DNA of 64,000 nt from positions 131,068,001 through 131,132,000 of the forward strand of contig NC_043000.1 of NCBI RefSeq assembly GCF_006345805.1, given 5' to 3'. Shown piece by piece: positions 27,898 to 42,945 of this stretch. A program made the position numbers and the translations under genes. This DNA is from Octopus sinensis. Taxonomy: Eukaryota. The notes below the pieces were generated by a model, which saw only the letters and a list, made by a program, of their open reading frames with translations, ran no database searches and was not told where the DNA came from. Position 1 is the first letter of the stretch. Every line of letters starts with the position of its first letter.

Positions 27898-28251
27898 AGG
27901 TGGATACACACACACATACATACATACATACATACACACACACATGCATACATACATACATACACACATACATACATACATACACACATACACACACACA
28001 CACACACATACATACACACATACATACATACATACATACATACATACATACATACATACATACATACATAGGCGCAGGAGTGGCTGTGTGGTAAGTATCA
28101 GGCGCATGTGTATCTGTGTGGTAAGTAGCTTCCTTACCAACCACATGCATGGCACCTTTGGCAAGTGTCTTCTACTTTACCCTCGGGCCGACCAAAGACT
28201 TGTGAGTGGATTTGGTAGATGGAAACTGAAAGAAATCCATCGTATATAATG

Positions 28252-28286
<35 letters not shown>

Positions 28287-29010
28287 ATGTGTATAACTTC
28301 CTAAACATTTGTGTCTTTGTGACTGTACCAATAATAATGGCGCTCAAAAGAATCATAAAAAGAAAAAAAGACAGATGAAATAATTTGCTAATCATTCCAG
28401 TTTTTTACATTCTGAGTTCTATCCCCCAAAACCTGTCAAGTACTGAAGTCAATGGTATCACCTAAACCCTTCCTCTCAAAATTACTGGCCTTGTATCTAA
28501 GTCAGAAACTGTTGTTATCATCATCGTCTAAGAATAAGGCGGTAAGCTGATAGTGCGTCGGACAAAATGCTTAGCAGCATTTTTTCCAACTCTTTATATT
28601 CTGAGTTCAAATCACACTGAGATCAACTTTGTCTTTCATCCTTTCCAGGTCGTTACAATATGTACCAGTTGAGTTCTGGAGTTGATAAATTTCAGGTCTT
28701 GTGCCTATACTAGAAGGGATTATTATAATCTAAGAATGCTGAAGATGTAGTAATTTAAACTAAATACACTAACATAGCTTATTAAATACCATAAACATTT
28801 ATTTATCCGTTTCTATTATACTTTAAACTAACTTAAAAGCCACATTCACTGCAGACTTTTAAGCTAGCTCCAGCAGAGGGATAATTGGACCTACAGCCCA
28901 AAACTAAAGAGGAAAGGAATAATAAAGCATTTATTGGTATCCTAGCATCTCAGATTTATATCACAGAGTATCACATTTGGAGAATTTCGTATCAGTGTGA
29001 CATCTGGAAA

Positions 29011-29478
29011 TCACTGTAAAGCAGCAGGATAAACAATATTCTTGTTTTTACCATTTGGTATGAGTATGGAGAGATTGTTGCCATTTCCAAATCTAGAACA
29101 ACCAACATAGAGCTGACCATGAGAAAAGCACTGCTGCATGAAATGAAGTTTAGTAATTTTGATTGATTGTCTTTGACTCTTGTTAATTGACATTGCAAAA
29201 CTAACTCTTACTGGAAATTGAAGTCTCTTGAATTCAAAGGGCATGTCTACTAGAATCAGGGGAATTCTTGAAATAAACACATTTTCTCCCTTTCCTTGTC
29301 CAGTGAGGATTGTTGCTTCCCAAAGATGTGGATGCATTTATCTGACAATCAGTCTTGCTCCATTGCACAGCTTTGGGGGATCCAGATTTTTCAAAAGTAT
29401 GATTGGAACTCCTTTTTTCAATGTCAGTTTGTGAGAAGGCATTCTAGGAAGATCCAAAGAGTTAAGAAACTCAATAGT
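29011..29478 (-). mobile_element. Helitron RepHel PIF1-helicase C-terminal fragment
   Basis: [80 protein letters not shown]; one in-frame stop. Confidence 0.88.
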
Positions 29479-32400
29479 TAGTATTATTATATATATATAT
29501 ATAATCATAGGTAGTGGGTAGCGATTTTCTTCACTACTTCAGGGAGTGGCGACCCTGCCTGACATGACTCCTGGCTGAAGTACCTGGTATGGGCCCCTAT
29601 CCAGGGTTACGAAAAAGAGACACCCTTCAAAGAAATCTGTAGTGGAGCCCCGTAGGCGGTTTAGTGTTTGACCCGACACTCTTCCGACAGCTCCTGCAAC
29701 TAAGCTGGTGCCAAACATAATGCTCTGCACACCTTTAGGCTAAATCAGCAATGTCAAGAGAGGAATCCTGACTATTGGGCTACCCAGGATTTTCTTTCAT
29801 CTAGCCCAGGCCTGCGCAAAACTGGAGAGGACATGAAATGTAAAAACCAGACTGGGTTAGTTTATGCGCAACACTATTGTCTCCCGAGACAAAAGGATGC
29901 CAACAATAATATAAATATTCTGGTTTTGAGTCTGTGCTTGTCCGCCACCACCGCTTGATAACTGGTGTTGATGAGTTTACGTTCACATAACTTAACAGTT
30001 CGGTAAAAGATGTCAATAAAAATAGTACCAGGCATAAAAAAGACAGAACTGATGTCAATTTGTTCGATTAAAATTTTTCAAGGCGGTGCTCCAGCGTGGT
30101 CGCAATCTGATGACTGAAAAAGATAGAAGAACCACTAAATTCCTTAGTAAAACTTTAAGCTGAGGGAGGTAACTCTTGCTCACCTATCTCAGTAACACTA
30201 TGGCTCTGAAACCTCTCGCGGTCGCTTTACCTGCTAGAAATAGCAACCCAAATGCTTTTAAATCAGATCCTAATATTGGATATTCAAGAACCAAATGAAG
30301 GGCAGATTTTCAGTCCCGGGATCATCCTGATTCCAAAAAGGTATAATATGTCTATGTAAAGCAAATGTAGACTGAGAGACAGGGGTCCCAGATGGACAGA
30401 AAGAATTTCGTATTTATTAATATAGAAGAGAAAAATTCTTTCCAGTATAATATAAGGCCTGAAATTTGACGTGATGGGAGAGGGACTAGTTAATTACATC
30501 AACTCCAGTTCTTAACAGATACTAAATTTATCGACCCGGAAAGGATAAAAGGCAAAGATGACTTCACCGGAATTTGAACTCAGAATGAAAAACCGAAAGA
30601 AATGTCATTAAGAATTTTTCCAGCGTGCAAAACGATTCTGACAGGTCGCCGACTTTTTTAAGAGAAAGAAATTTCTTCAGTTCTTCAGAATGTTGTTGTT
30701 TCCCTTCTAATAATTACCTCCCCTAGCTGCTATGTAGCATCAATCGCTTCTGCTTCTGCTTGTGGTTCCATTCTAAAAACAAAAACAAAACCCCCAAATC
30801 GCAATGCTGTGAATCAAATGTCAAACGAGACATTATTTACTGAGGATACGATATGCACTATTCACCACATCGTTCTTGCATAAATTAAGTATTCAGATAT
30901 AAAAAAAACAAGTTGTTGTGGTATATATAAACACGTTATACTTTCCAATATTGCGCAATGTTTACTTGGTGATCAGCTGGAGATGTGACAACACCGATCA
31001 GTGAATAGTAAATAAGAACTGAATTTTAACGTATGTCATATGCTTCAGAAGTAAGTATATTTATGTTTATTTATTTATTATATAATTCGCTACAAAAAAA
31101 ATTCTTAAATTATTATGATTGTATTAGATGGAGTACGTATAATTGTCATAGAATTCCTGCATGTTTCCTACAAGAATCGAGCCATTTCACTCTGATTACA
31201 TCGCTAACACCCTGAGAAAGCCCAAAATCGTAACAGTTACCTACAATCCTTCGGGCAATATACTTACAAATATATAACCGTCGGCTTACAACGAACTCGA
31301 GTTTTCGATTCGGTTGGCATTGCTTCGTTTTGTATTCTCATTAATAACATTGTGAAGGCATGGGTACCTCAACGACACATTACGTCTTGTTTTATAAAAC
31401 AAAATCATCATAACACATATAACCCCATGCAAATATCATGTAAAACATTTAAGTGGTGACATGTGAGCGCGCGCGCATGTCTAGGCGCAGGCGTGACTGT
31501 GTGGTAAAAAGCTTGTAACCCAACCACATGGTTCTGGGTTCAGTCCCACTGCGTGGCACCTTGGGCTAATGCTTTCTACTATAGCTTCAGTCGACCAAAG
31601 CCTTGTGTATACATGTATATATATTTGTGTGTGTGTGTGGTATTATATATAGGCGTCCCTATACAATAGAGTCTGAAATAACCTAGTAAGCCAAAAATTG
31701 TGATTTCTTCAAGTGTGTATGTTTAAACATAGTAAATAATGAGTTTGAAAACAAAAAAATGAGAGGAAGAGAGGATATTATTTAGTCACCTACAACCCAT
31801 TCACCTTTCATAAAGGTCATCAGTTTTAACTTGCTTTTTTATTTTTTAAGAAGTACATTTTAAAGTTCAGTATAATTTTGAAAAAACGTGAAGTCAGATG
31901 TTTAAAACATAAATCTGAACAAAAATATCAAAAGAAAATAAACACTGAAAAATTACAAAAGAAGTGGGGTGGATGTAAAATTTCCATTCTTTTAAAAAAT
32001 CTTTTCTTGTAATAATTGTTGTCTGTGATGCTTAAAGCATGGAACATCATCATCATCCTCATCATTTAGCGTCTACTGTCCATGCTGTCATAGGTTGGAT
32101 GGATCGACTGGAACCGGTAGGCTGGAGAGCTGCACCAAGTTCCAGTCTTATTTGGCATGATTTCTACAGCTAGATGCCCTTCCTAATGCCAACCACTCCA
32201 AGAGTGTAATAGATGCCTTTTTATGTGCCACTGGCATGGGTGCCAGTTATGTGACACCAGCATTGGCCACAACTATGCTTTCACTTGGTTTGACGTGTCT
32301 TCTCAAGTACGACATATTACCAAAGATCTCAGCCACTTACCATCACCTCAATAAAGCCCCACATTTGAAGGGTGCTTTTTACATGCCACTGGCAAGAAAT

Positions 32401-34094
32401 TGCATTTTTTTTTTTTTTTTGCATTCTAGTTAATTTTCCAACTCTTTTTCTGTAAGAACACAATATATAAATGTATAAATGTCTGTTTTATGTCAAGGTA
32501 TAAATAAAAACAATTTAACTTTAAATTGAAGGGTTACTCAATGCTTTTTAGTTGAGAAGTTCATTGAACTTTTACAAAGAAAAGGTTCACAAGTTGATAG
32601 TGACTTTGAAGTTTCAGCTTGCTCACTTTGTCAGACTGCCTGTCAAAGGTGAGTGAGTGGTGACAGTGGTGGCATGGAGGAGATGGGAATGGTAATGGAG
32701 ATGGAGATGGTGATGGTGGTCTTAGCTCTTGATGGAATCAGCAACAGTGTCATGACATGATGCATGTCTTTGACATCTGGGGTTTTTTTTTCTTTTTACC
32801 TAATGGAGCTCATTTCTCTCCAGGGCAGTTTCTTCCAGTGGGAACATGTGTGCGCATGTGTGTGTGTATGTATGTGTGTGTATGTGTGTTTGTGTGCATA
32901 TGTACATACATATGTGTGTGTGTGCATATATGTGTTTGTGAGGGGGTAGAGAGGGAGAGAAGAAGAAGAAGAAGAGGAGGAGGAGGAAGAAGAAGAAGAA
33001 GAATAGACCTAGTACTTCACTGTACTTAATTCGTGGATCCAAAAGCATTGACCTAAGAAATGCAAGAGGAATGTTAATGAATGCTACGTTCGTGAAAGTT
33101 AGAGTTGCATGATGGTGCAACATGCAATATTCTACAAAAACATGTCTGGCCACTAGGAAATATCCTTCTTGAAAACAGGTAAGGGTGCGCAACAGGAAAG
33201 GCTTCCAACTGCAGAAAAATCTGTCTCAGTAAACATTGTCTAGCCCATGCAAGCATGGATAACTAAACATTGTTTGTTTGTTCCTTCTCGAGCCATGCCT
33301 GGCTCATAAGGGCCAGTTTCCCAGTTTCCTTGGTGTATAGGTTCCCCACCTGGACAGGACACTGGTTCGTCGCAGGGGAGCTGCAAGATGCAGGAGGAAA
33401 GAGTGAGAGAAAGTTGTGGCGAAACAGTCAGCAGAAGTTCACCATTACCTTTTGCCAGAGCCACGTGCAGCTTAGGTGTTTCGCTCATAAACACACACAT
33501 CGCCCGGTCTGAGATTCGAACTCGCAATCCCTCAACTGTGAGTCCGCTGTAAACATTAAAATGATGATAATGATAATGATGATGATGATGATGATGATGA
33601 TGGCAACAACGATGACAACAATGAGGGGGATACAGTATTATCTAGAATCTCATCTTTAAATTTTTATTACTCGTTTTAAGAGTAATAAGGATTGATTTGA
33701 GGGTGACTTGGCTGCTATTTCCAGCATGTCAAGTGAACACATAGAGACGCCCTTGTTGGTTCAATTACAATTCATTTATTTATTTATTTATTTATTTGTT
33801 TGTTTTTCTTGATTTTTTGATAAGAGGTTAATGACAATTTTATGTAACGAGGAGAATGGTGTTTTTGGTTTTCTTCTGTTTACCAAAATCAACCAGTTTT
33901 GTTTATCTTTCATTAGCTTTCAGAAACACATTATCCTGTTTAAATAAAACTAGGTCCCTGTTTTTATGTGCTGGCTACCACTGTACAAAGATCATCCAGA
34001 GCAATATGGTTATTATTAATGAGGGCATCATTAGCCTACAGCACTGCCTTATTTGCATCTACCGAGGGCAACAGGAAACTGTTCCATGAAATAG

Positions 34095-34451
34095 TGGCCC
34101 AGTTATTTTCAGAGACCTCTGCTCTGGCTTTGACTTATTTTGTATGTGATAGGCAGAGTGCAACACATATTACCACAGTAAGTCTTGAGCAAATGATGAA
34201 GCTTCTATGTGGTCACCAGAGAAGCTAAAAATAGCAGCCAAATCTGTCTGAGATTATGCCACACTATCATTTAAAAAATGGATGTACAGGATAATATAAT
34301 TTAAGTTATGGTTATTGGCCCAGTTATTTTCAAAGACCTCTGCTCTGGCATTGACTTATTTTGTATGTGATAGGTGGAGTGCAACAGATATTATTGAGCC
34401 ACTGATGAAGCTTCTATGTGGTCACCAGAGAAGCTAAAAATAGCAGCCAAA
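34095..34451 (+). repeat. ~140-bp imperfect tandem duplication (34095-34242, 34316-34451)
   Basis: TGGCCCAGTTATTTTC...GAAGCTAAAAATAGCAGCCAAA occurs twice. Confidence 0.85.
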
Positions 34452-34544
34452 GACAAAATTTATAAATTTACTTTATACATTGCAAGTTAACGACTTTCCT
34501 GTGCCTGATGAGATCTCATTTTATTTTAATAATCATTACTAGCT

Positions 34545-34942
34545 TTATCTCTTTTACTCTTTTACTTGTTTCAGTCATTTGGCTGCAGCCATGCTGGAGC
34601 ACTGCCTTTAGTCAAACAAATCGATCCCAGGACTCATTCTTATAAGCCTAGTACTTATTCTATCAGTCTCTTTTGCCGAACCTCTAAGTTACAAGTACAT
34701 AAACATACCAGCATCTATTGTCAAGTAATGGTGGGGGGATAAACACAGACACATAAACACACACACACACACACATATACAATGGGCTTCTTTCAGTTTC
34801 CGTCTACCAAATCTACTCACAAGGCTTTCGTCGGCCCAAGGTTATAGTAGGAAACCCTTGCTCAAGGTGTCACACAGTGGGACTGAACCCAGAACTATGT
34901 GGTTGGTAAGCAAGCTACTTACCACACAGCCAATCTTGTGCC
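34545..34942 (-). mobile_element. SINE family A
   Basis: Reverse-complement copy. Confidence 0.8.
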
Positions 34943-36686
34943 TATAATAATATAATTACTACTATAGGTAAATTTAGTATATTAATTACATTCGAGCGAG
35001 GTTGTGGCCAGTGCTGCTGGACTGGCTCCCATGCAGGTGGCATGTAAAAAACACCATTTGAGCATGGCCGTTGCCAGTACCACCTGACTGGTCCTCATGC
35101 TGGTGGCACGTAAAAGCACCCACTACGCTCTCGGAGTGGTTGACGTTAGGAAGGGCATCCATCTGTAGAAACTCTGCTAGATTAGATTGGAGCCTGGTGC
35201 AGCCATCTGGTTCGCCAGTCCTCAGTCAAATCGTCCAACCCATGCTAGCATGGAAAGCGGACGTTAAACGATGATGATGATGATGATGTTACCTCTCCAT
35301 TCAAGTCATTGCTAAAGCCTAATGCCTCCTTCAGTATGTCCAATGCCCTTTTGGGGAGCAGTACTGTCCATATTGAGAACCTCTGACCTATACCAAACAT
35401 GAGCAACCTGAAGCCTGAAGGCTACGTGCAGCCCATGACATTATGAATGGCTGACTTAAAAAGAATACTTGAATGCAGCTTGCTTCTCAAGAAAGGTTGC
35501 CCATGCCTGGTTGGGACAAACTGGACTGGTATGGGGTTGAACAATAACAACAATGACAACAACAACATTAGACTGGGCAGGTGAACAATGTACTGGACTA
35601 CAAAATACTACAGGATGATAGATACATTTAGATAAATATTTAGGTCAGCTTTGATTGATTAAGTATTCTAGTAATGACCATCCCAGACACAGGGCACAGT
35701 GTGTTGCTTTATGTTTTGTAAGACAAGGTAATAACCTGTCAGCAGTATATTTAGCCATATGCTACAATATCACTGTTTTAACATCTGGTGTGTGTGTGTG
35801 TTTGTATCATCTTTATTGTCCTTTAACATCTCTTTTCTAGCCTGACATGGGTTGGATAGTTTGACAGAAACTGACAAATTACAGAACTTCAGTGTCTGCT
35901 CTGAGGTACCCATATCATTGTTGTCATCATCATTGTCATCGTCATCATCATTATTATCATCAGCTTGCTTACGAACCACATGGTTCTGGGTTCAATCCCA
36001 CTGCATGGCACCTTGGGCAAGTGTCTTCTACTATAGCCTCGGGCTGACCAAAGCCTTGTGAGTGGATTTAGCAGATGGAAACTGAAAGAAGCCTGTCATA
36101 TATATGTATATATATTTGCGTGTGTTTGTGTTTGTCCCCCCCAACATCGCTTGACAACCGTAACTTAACGGTTCGGCAAAAGAGACCGATAGAATAAGTA
36201 CTAGGCTTACAAAGAATAAGTCCTAGGGTCGATTTGCTCAACTAAAGCATGGCCACAATCAAATGACTGAAACAAGTAAAAGAGTATCCATATTCCATAT
36301 TGCCATTGAATTGTCATCATCGTTTCACATCCACTTTTCCATGCTTGCATGAATGACATAATATGTTAAGACAAGTGATTCTACTACATCTCTTGCATGT
36401 CCATAGAATATATTATGCACTGCTTTTAGAGTTTATACCTACTCCTTTTCTAGATACTGAGTCAGGCCATTTACCTGAAGGAACCAGGGTTCAGCCATCT
36501 TTCCTACTTACTAAAACTTTAGTCATACAGGATAACCTTAAAGCCACTCAATTCCAAGTTTTGTTCCCATGGCTGGAATTTCTTTAATTCCTTTACAGAT
36601 CCACTAAGAGGACAAGGTCATCAACAGGCTACATGTGTGCATGTGTGTGTGTGTGTGTGTGTGCGTGTGTGTGTTTGTGTGTGTGT

Positions 36687-36718
<32 letters not shown>

Positions 36719-36988
36719 TGTGTGTGTGTGTGTGTGAGCATTTTTTACATCTGCTATTTCCATGCTGGCATGGATGGGGTGAAATTTTTCACAATCACAT
36801 TCTACAGCCAGGTGCCCTTCATGATACCAACCCATACTTGGTTTGAAGTAGAATATTTTATTCACCATCTTCACATGCCGAATGATTGCCAAATGTTTTG
36901 TTTACGAAATATATAAACAACATCACTGTTGCTGATGTTGTGCCAATGTAAGGACACATGGAAAAAAAAACAACACACACACACATAC

Positions 36989-37024
<36 letters not shown>

Positions 37025-37219
37025 CACACACACACACACACACGTACATACACATAAATACATGCAAGATGGAGGTGGTGTTGATAGAGAGCATTTGTGT
37101 GTGTGTGTGCATGCGTGCACACAATAATTAAAATGTAATAATGTTACATCATGTTGCTGAATTTTACACACACACACACACACACACACCTCTATATGTA
37201 TATCCATCAAGTGATCTAT

Positions 37220-37720
37220 ATATTGGCCCTCTGCATTTTCCTTTGTGAAACAGAAAGGTGCCCCCTCTCAAAGACTTTTGCAGAGAAGATTGAGGACTTC
37301 AATAGCAGAGCCCTGAGAACTATCGAAGATATCAGACAGTACCATCATGTTTTCAACCAAGAACTGCATGCACACACATCAAGCCATAGCCTCCCTCCTC
37401 ATAGCTATCTGTCACATGCTCTTACACAGATATGCCTTCTGTCTCCCACTAGATCATCCCACCAGGGCTTTACTCCCATTTGATGTAGCAGGTACAGGCT
37501 GGAAGAGGCTCCACAGCAGGCCCTGCACCAGATGGCTAGACATGATTAAGGAAAATCTCCAGAGGCTCAATGTCATCTTAGAGGGTGCAGAGGGGATGGA
37601 ATGGGACTGCCAGTGATGGAGGGCACTGGGGCAGACCTGGTCAGCTCTATGCATGATGGTATCTCTGGGACTACTAGCCTGGGATGGCCCCCAGCACATG
37701 CCATCAAGCAAGAGTACAAA
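37220..37720 (+). mobile_element. RTE-like LINE 3' ORF fragment
   Basis: LCETERCPL..KIEDFNSRALRTI..NQELHAHT..GWKRLHSRPCTRWLDMIKENL, resembling the RTE RT C-terminus. Confidence 0.6.
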
Positions 37721-38934
37721 GCAAAAGCAAAAGAAGCAAGCAAGCAGGATATGGCCACAACCTTAGGGCTGAAACATATAAAAGAATATATATATATATA
37801 TATAAGTAAATGAATGGAGTTGAACACAGATGTTATTAAAATTCTTCGACATATGTTTCGAAGACAACATTGATTTTATTCCAATGCTACCCTGGTAACT
37901 GTTTATTGAATTTTCCATGTTAACGGTAAACAAAGGATAATTCATTCATCCATTTATATATATATATATATTATATGTCATCATCATCATCATCATTTAA
38001 TATCTGTCTTCCATGTTGGCATGGGTTGGATGGTTTGACAGGAGCTAGCGGACTGCACCAAGCTCTACTGTCTGTTTTGGAATGGTTTTTATGGTTGGAT
38101 GCCCTTCCTAACACCAACCACTTTACAGAGTAGACTGGGTGCTTTTTGCATGGCACCAGCACTGCCGAGGTCTGTTTTGTCATGGTTATTTTGTGGCTGG
38201 ATGCCCTTCCTAATGCCAACCACTTTACAAAGCGGGTTAAGTACTTTATGTGTGTGCGTGTGTGTGCGAATGTGTTTGTCTAGACTACCACCACTTGACA
38301 ACTGGTAATGGTTTGTTTATGTTCCCATAACTTAGCAGTTCAGCAAAACGACCCCCAACAGAATAAATACTAGATATTGGACAGTGTCCCCTGCTGGGAC
38401 TCTACCTTGATAGGTTTTTGCTGAACAAATTAACCTCAATAAGTAATGGATTCAATTTGTTCATCAAAAAACCTTCTAAGGCAGTGCTCCAGCATGGCCA
38501 CTGTCCAACGCCTGAAACAAACGAAAGATAGATCTAGTTAGACAGTAGCATGTAACGTGATGAAAATTTGGTTTCTATTTTTAGCAAGTTAGGTGGACTA
38601 TGTAGAGGCTCCCTCATTCGTTTCGTTTTAGTATGTTTCCACGTTGAAGTAGCAGACAACAGATATAGAGACAAAAGATGTAAGTAAACAACTTGGTATG
38701 TAAACAATAAAGCCGAATTAGTCACATTATCTCCCACTTTCTGGCTTTTCTTAGTAACACAGTTTTTGGCTGACAAGAACAAGGAATGTCAGTAAAACGT
38801 GTGTAAGTGTGTAAGTGTGCCTGTTATGTGTGTGTGTGTGAGAGTGAGTGTATGGTATGTATGTGTGTGTGGAGGTTTACCTGCATTCATATTCTTGTTT
38901 ATGCTTTTTTAATTTACAACTCAATATTTATGTA

Positions 38935-38940
38935 TGTTTG

Positions 38941-38971
<31 letters not shown>

Positions 38972-39058
38972 CTACCTCCCTACATATCTATCTATCTTTC
39001 TGTTTGCTTGTCTGTCTGTGTACCTGTCTGTCTGTCTATCTGTCTGTCTGTCTGTCTA

Positions 39059-39118
<60 letters not shown>

Positions 39119-39120
39119 CT

Positions 39121-39198
<78 letters not shown>

Positions 39199-39199
39199 C

Positions 39200-39244
<45 letters not shown>

Positions 39245-39285
39245 AATTTAGCTATCTATCTATCTACTTACCTATCTATCTATCT
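38935..39285. repeat. (TCTA/TCTG)n microsatellite
   Basis: Direct. Confidence 0.95.
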
Positions 39286-39429
39286 AAGTATCGAGGTCAA
39301 TTCATTCAACTAAAAATTCTTCAAGGTGGTGCCCCAGCATGGCCACAGTCTAATGACTGAAATAAGTAAAAGATAAATTATGGATAAATAGAGAGACAGA
39401 CAGATAGGCAGGTAGATATATATATATAT

Positions 39430-39464
<35 letters not shown>

Positions 39465-42400
39465 TCCTTATTAGCCAGGTAGGGCTGAACACAGAGGAGA
39501 CAAATCAATGTAGAACTTTTCTTTTCGAAAGAAAGAAAGAAAGAAAGAAAGAAAGAAAAAATAATGTGATCAAAAGGGATCGAAAGCATTTGGGATGTGT
39601 AAACAGCATAATAAGGTGGGGTAAAAGTGTAAAACAGATTAGGTTTATCTGTGGAAAGAAAAGCCTAGGGAAAAGACCATGGTAACCTCAGACAGGGAAA
39701 GAAACACATGAGAGCAAAGCTCTCACTCTCTCTTTTGTATTTACAGGATCATGCTAAAGCAGTTTCATCATTCACACGTACATTATTATATTTAAAACTT
39801 GTATTTATTCTATTGTTCTCTTTTTGGAACATAAACACACTGACACCTACTATCACGCGGTTGGTGGGAACATACACAGACATAAATACATACACACACA
39901 CACACACACACGCGCGTGCACACACACACACACATACACACACGCACATATATCCAGTTTCTGTTAACCAATTCTACTTTGGTCAGCCCATGGCTATAGT
40001 AGAACACAATTTCCCAAGGACTGAACCCCAAACCTCATGGTTGAGAAACAAGCTTCTTACCATGTGTGTATGTGTGCATGTTTACAGGTATGTATGTTTG
40101 TGTGTTTTAAGAATGAGTGTATATGAACGAATGCATGCTTTATTTTGCGATCTATTTAAATTCTTCACAGAGTTCAAGCCAATCACACACACAAATATAC
40201 ACACCCACATATGTATATACATACATACAAGCAATTGGCTTCTTTCAGTTTCTTATTTCTTTATTGCACACAAGGGGCTAAACATAGAGGGGACAAACAA
40301 GGACAGACAGAGGGATTAATTCAATTACATCGACCCCAGTGCATAACACTGGTACTTAATTTATCGACCCCGAAAGGATGAAAGGCAAAGTCGACATTGG
40401 TGGAATTTGAACTCAGAACATAACGGCAGACGAAATACTGCTAAGCATTTCGCCCGGCATGCTAACGTTTCTGCCAGCTTGCCACCTTCATAAGCTTCTT
40501 TCAGTTTCTGTTTTCAAGATCTACTTTGGCCAGCCTGTGGTTGCAGTAGAAGACATTTGCCAAAGGTCTCACACAGTGGGCCTGAACACAGAATCATGTG
40601 GTTGGGAAACAAGCTGCTTACCATGTGCATATGTGTGCATGTTTGCAGACATGTTTGTGTGCGTGTTTTATGTATATGCGTATATAAACAAATGCATGCT
40701 TTTCTTTGCAATTCATTTAAATTCTTCATAGAACTCAAGTCAGTCACCAACAAAGTTACATGGCTTTTTTCTTTCATTTTTTTCTTTTTGTGTCAATTAC
40801 ATCATCATTATCATCATCGTCGTCATCATTTAACGTCCACTTTCCATGCTAGCATGGGTTGGATTATTTGACACAGGATTGGCGCACCAGATGGCTGCAC
40901 CAGGCTCCAGTCTGATCTGGTAGGGTTTCTACAGCTAGATGCCCTTCCTAACGCCAACTACTCTGAGAGTGTAGTGGGTGCTTTTACATGCCACCGGCAT
41001 GAGTGCCAGTCAGGTGGTACTGGCAACGGCCACACTCAAATGGTGTTTTTTACATGCCACCTGCACAGGAGCCAGTAAGGCGACGCTGGTAACGATCATG
41101 CTCGAATGTTTTTTTCATATGCCAATAAGGCGACACTGGTAACGATTATGCTTGAATGGTGCTTTTTACGTGCCACCGGTATGCTCTAGCAACGATCATG
41201 CTCGGATGGTGCTCTTAGCGCTCCACTAGCACAGATGCCAGTCATCGAATTTGATTTCAATTTCACTTGCCTCAACAGGTCTTCACAAGCAGGTATTTCT
41301 GAATATGTGAAAAAATAAAATTTGAAAGATAAAAACCAGCCTGGCTTTCACTGGTACAGATATGTGTACATTTATGGATAAGTATGTTAATGTATATTTT
41401 TTCTTATATAATGGCTGTGCATCATCATCATCATTTAACATCCATTTTCCATGCTGGCATGGGTTGGATGGTTTGACTTAAAACTGATAAGCTAGGGAGC
41501 TACACTAGGCCCCAATCTGGTTTGGCATTGTTTCTATGGTTGGATGCCCTTTCTAATGCCAACAACTCCAAGAGTGTAGTGGGTGCTTTTTACATGCTAC
41601 TAGCATGGGTGCCATTGATGTGAAACCAGCATCTGCCACACACTCAAACACTGCTTTCTACATGCCACTGGCACATGCTGGTCAACTAGCTAGGGCATCA
41701 ACCACACCTACAAATTCACTTAGCTTGACAGGTCTTATGTCTCGTTTGATTACATGTGTGTATGTGCGTGTGATTATGTGATTACTCTCTATGTATGCAT
41801 GTCTATGCATTCCAGAAGAACACACAGTTGTGTGTACATGTTCATTCTAGGAGCACTGCATCCTTCAAAACTTCCATGCTTCTTGAGATTCACCAACACT
41901 ACACCTGATTTTCTCCCAGCTATACACACGCAAGCATGTATCTGACTCATACACTGTTCACTTCCCAGACATCGGTACATTACTGCATATGCTTTATATG
42001 CACTTTTGACAAGTTGTGGTGCACCTAAGCACTGTATACAATAATTTAATTATTATTTTAATTTTAAACTCAAATAGAGAAATTTTTGTATATTTTAGAT
42101 TCATGTATACATATGTATATATGTTCTGCTCTTATTTTTGTGTGTAGATATATACCTATAATATATGTATGTGTGGTATGTCATTCTTCAGTTTTAATTC
42201 AAGACTTCTTGCCAATAGAGAAAGAGTCAGTTTCTAACTTAGATCCAAGGCTCCTACTTTGGAATTTCAACATCAACAACAGGATGTGCAGATTTGTATG
42301 TTTTATGTATGTATTCTGATGCATAGACTTAAATGATAAACATGTTCACATAGACTTAAATGATAAACATATCAAGTTTTACAGATTTTTACAGTTCCAG

Positions 42401-42644
42401 TGATGGATTAGATCTGTAGTCTTCAAATTAGCCTGCTCCTTTCTAGTTTTGAGAAGCCTAATTTCTCAAGATTGGTATTTAGGCAGTGTATTATGTATGT
42501 CTGCTTGTCTCTATGTATGTATGCATGTATGTATGTGTATATGTATGTATATATGTAGTGTATGTATATGTGTATGTGTATGTGTATATATGTGTGTGTG
42601 CGTGTGTATGGATGTATAAGTGTATGTATTCATGTATGTATATA

Positions 42645-42693
<49 letters not shown>

Positions 42694-42710
42694 TATATAT
42701 ACATACATAT

Positions 42711-42769
<59 letters not shown>

Positions 42770-42945
42770 TTTGCCATGATAGATCGCTAGCCACTACACA
42801 TTCTTTATTTTCTCTCCTTGTTTCTTTCTGTGGATGAGCATAGGCTAAAAACGTTAAGACTTTTTCAATTCCCGAGCGTTATACTAATACATCTGTTTGT
42901 TGTCTACACCACCTGTCTTCGTCTTTTGTTTTTTGTGAATTTTCC

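Larger units (their letters stand above)
24680..27903 (-). mobile_element. Penelope-like retroelement (RT + GIY-YIG), 5'-truncated, flanked by (TACA)n microsatellites
   Basis: Long RT-endonuclease ORF followed by a CT-rich tract, three ~100-bp direct repeats (25007-25320) and a terminal repeat with a hammerhead fold. The terminal repeat recurs at ~42770-42950 and ~53590-53780. Confidence 0.9.

Noticed and set aside
25318-28164. The full 948-aa ORF as a native protein
   Set aside because: The N-terminus is SINE plus microsatellite and the C-terminus is a low-complexity tract. Only ~25609-27897 is Penelope coding.
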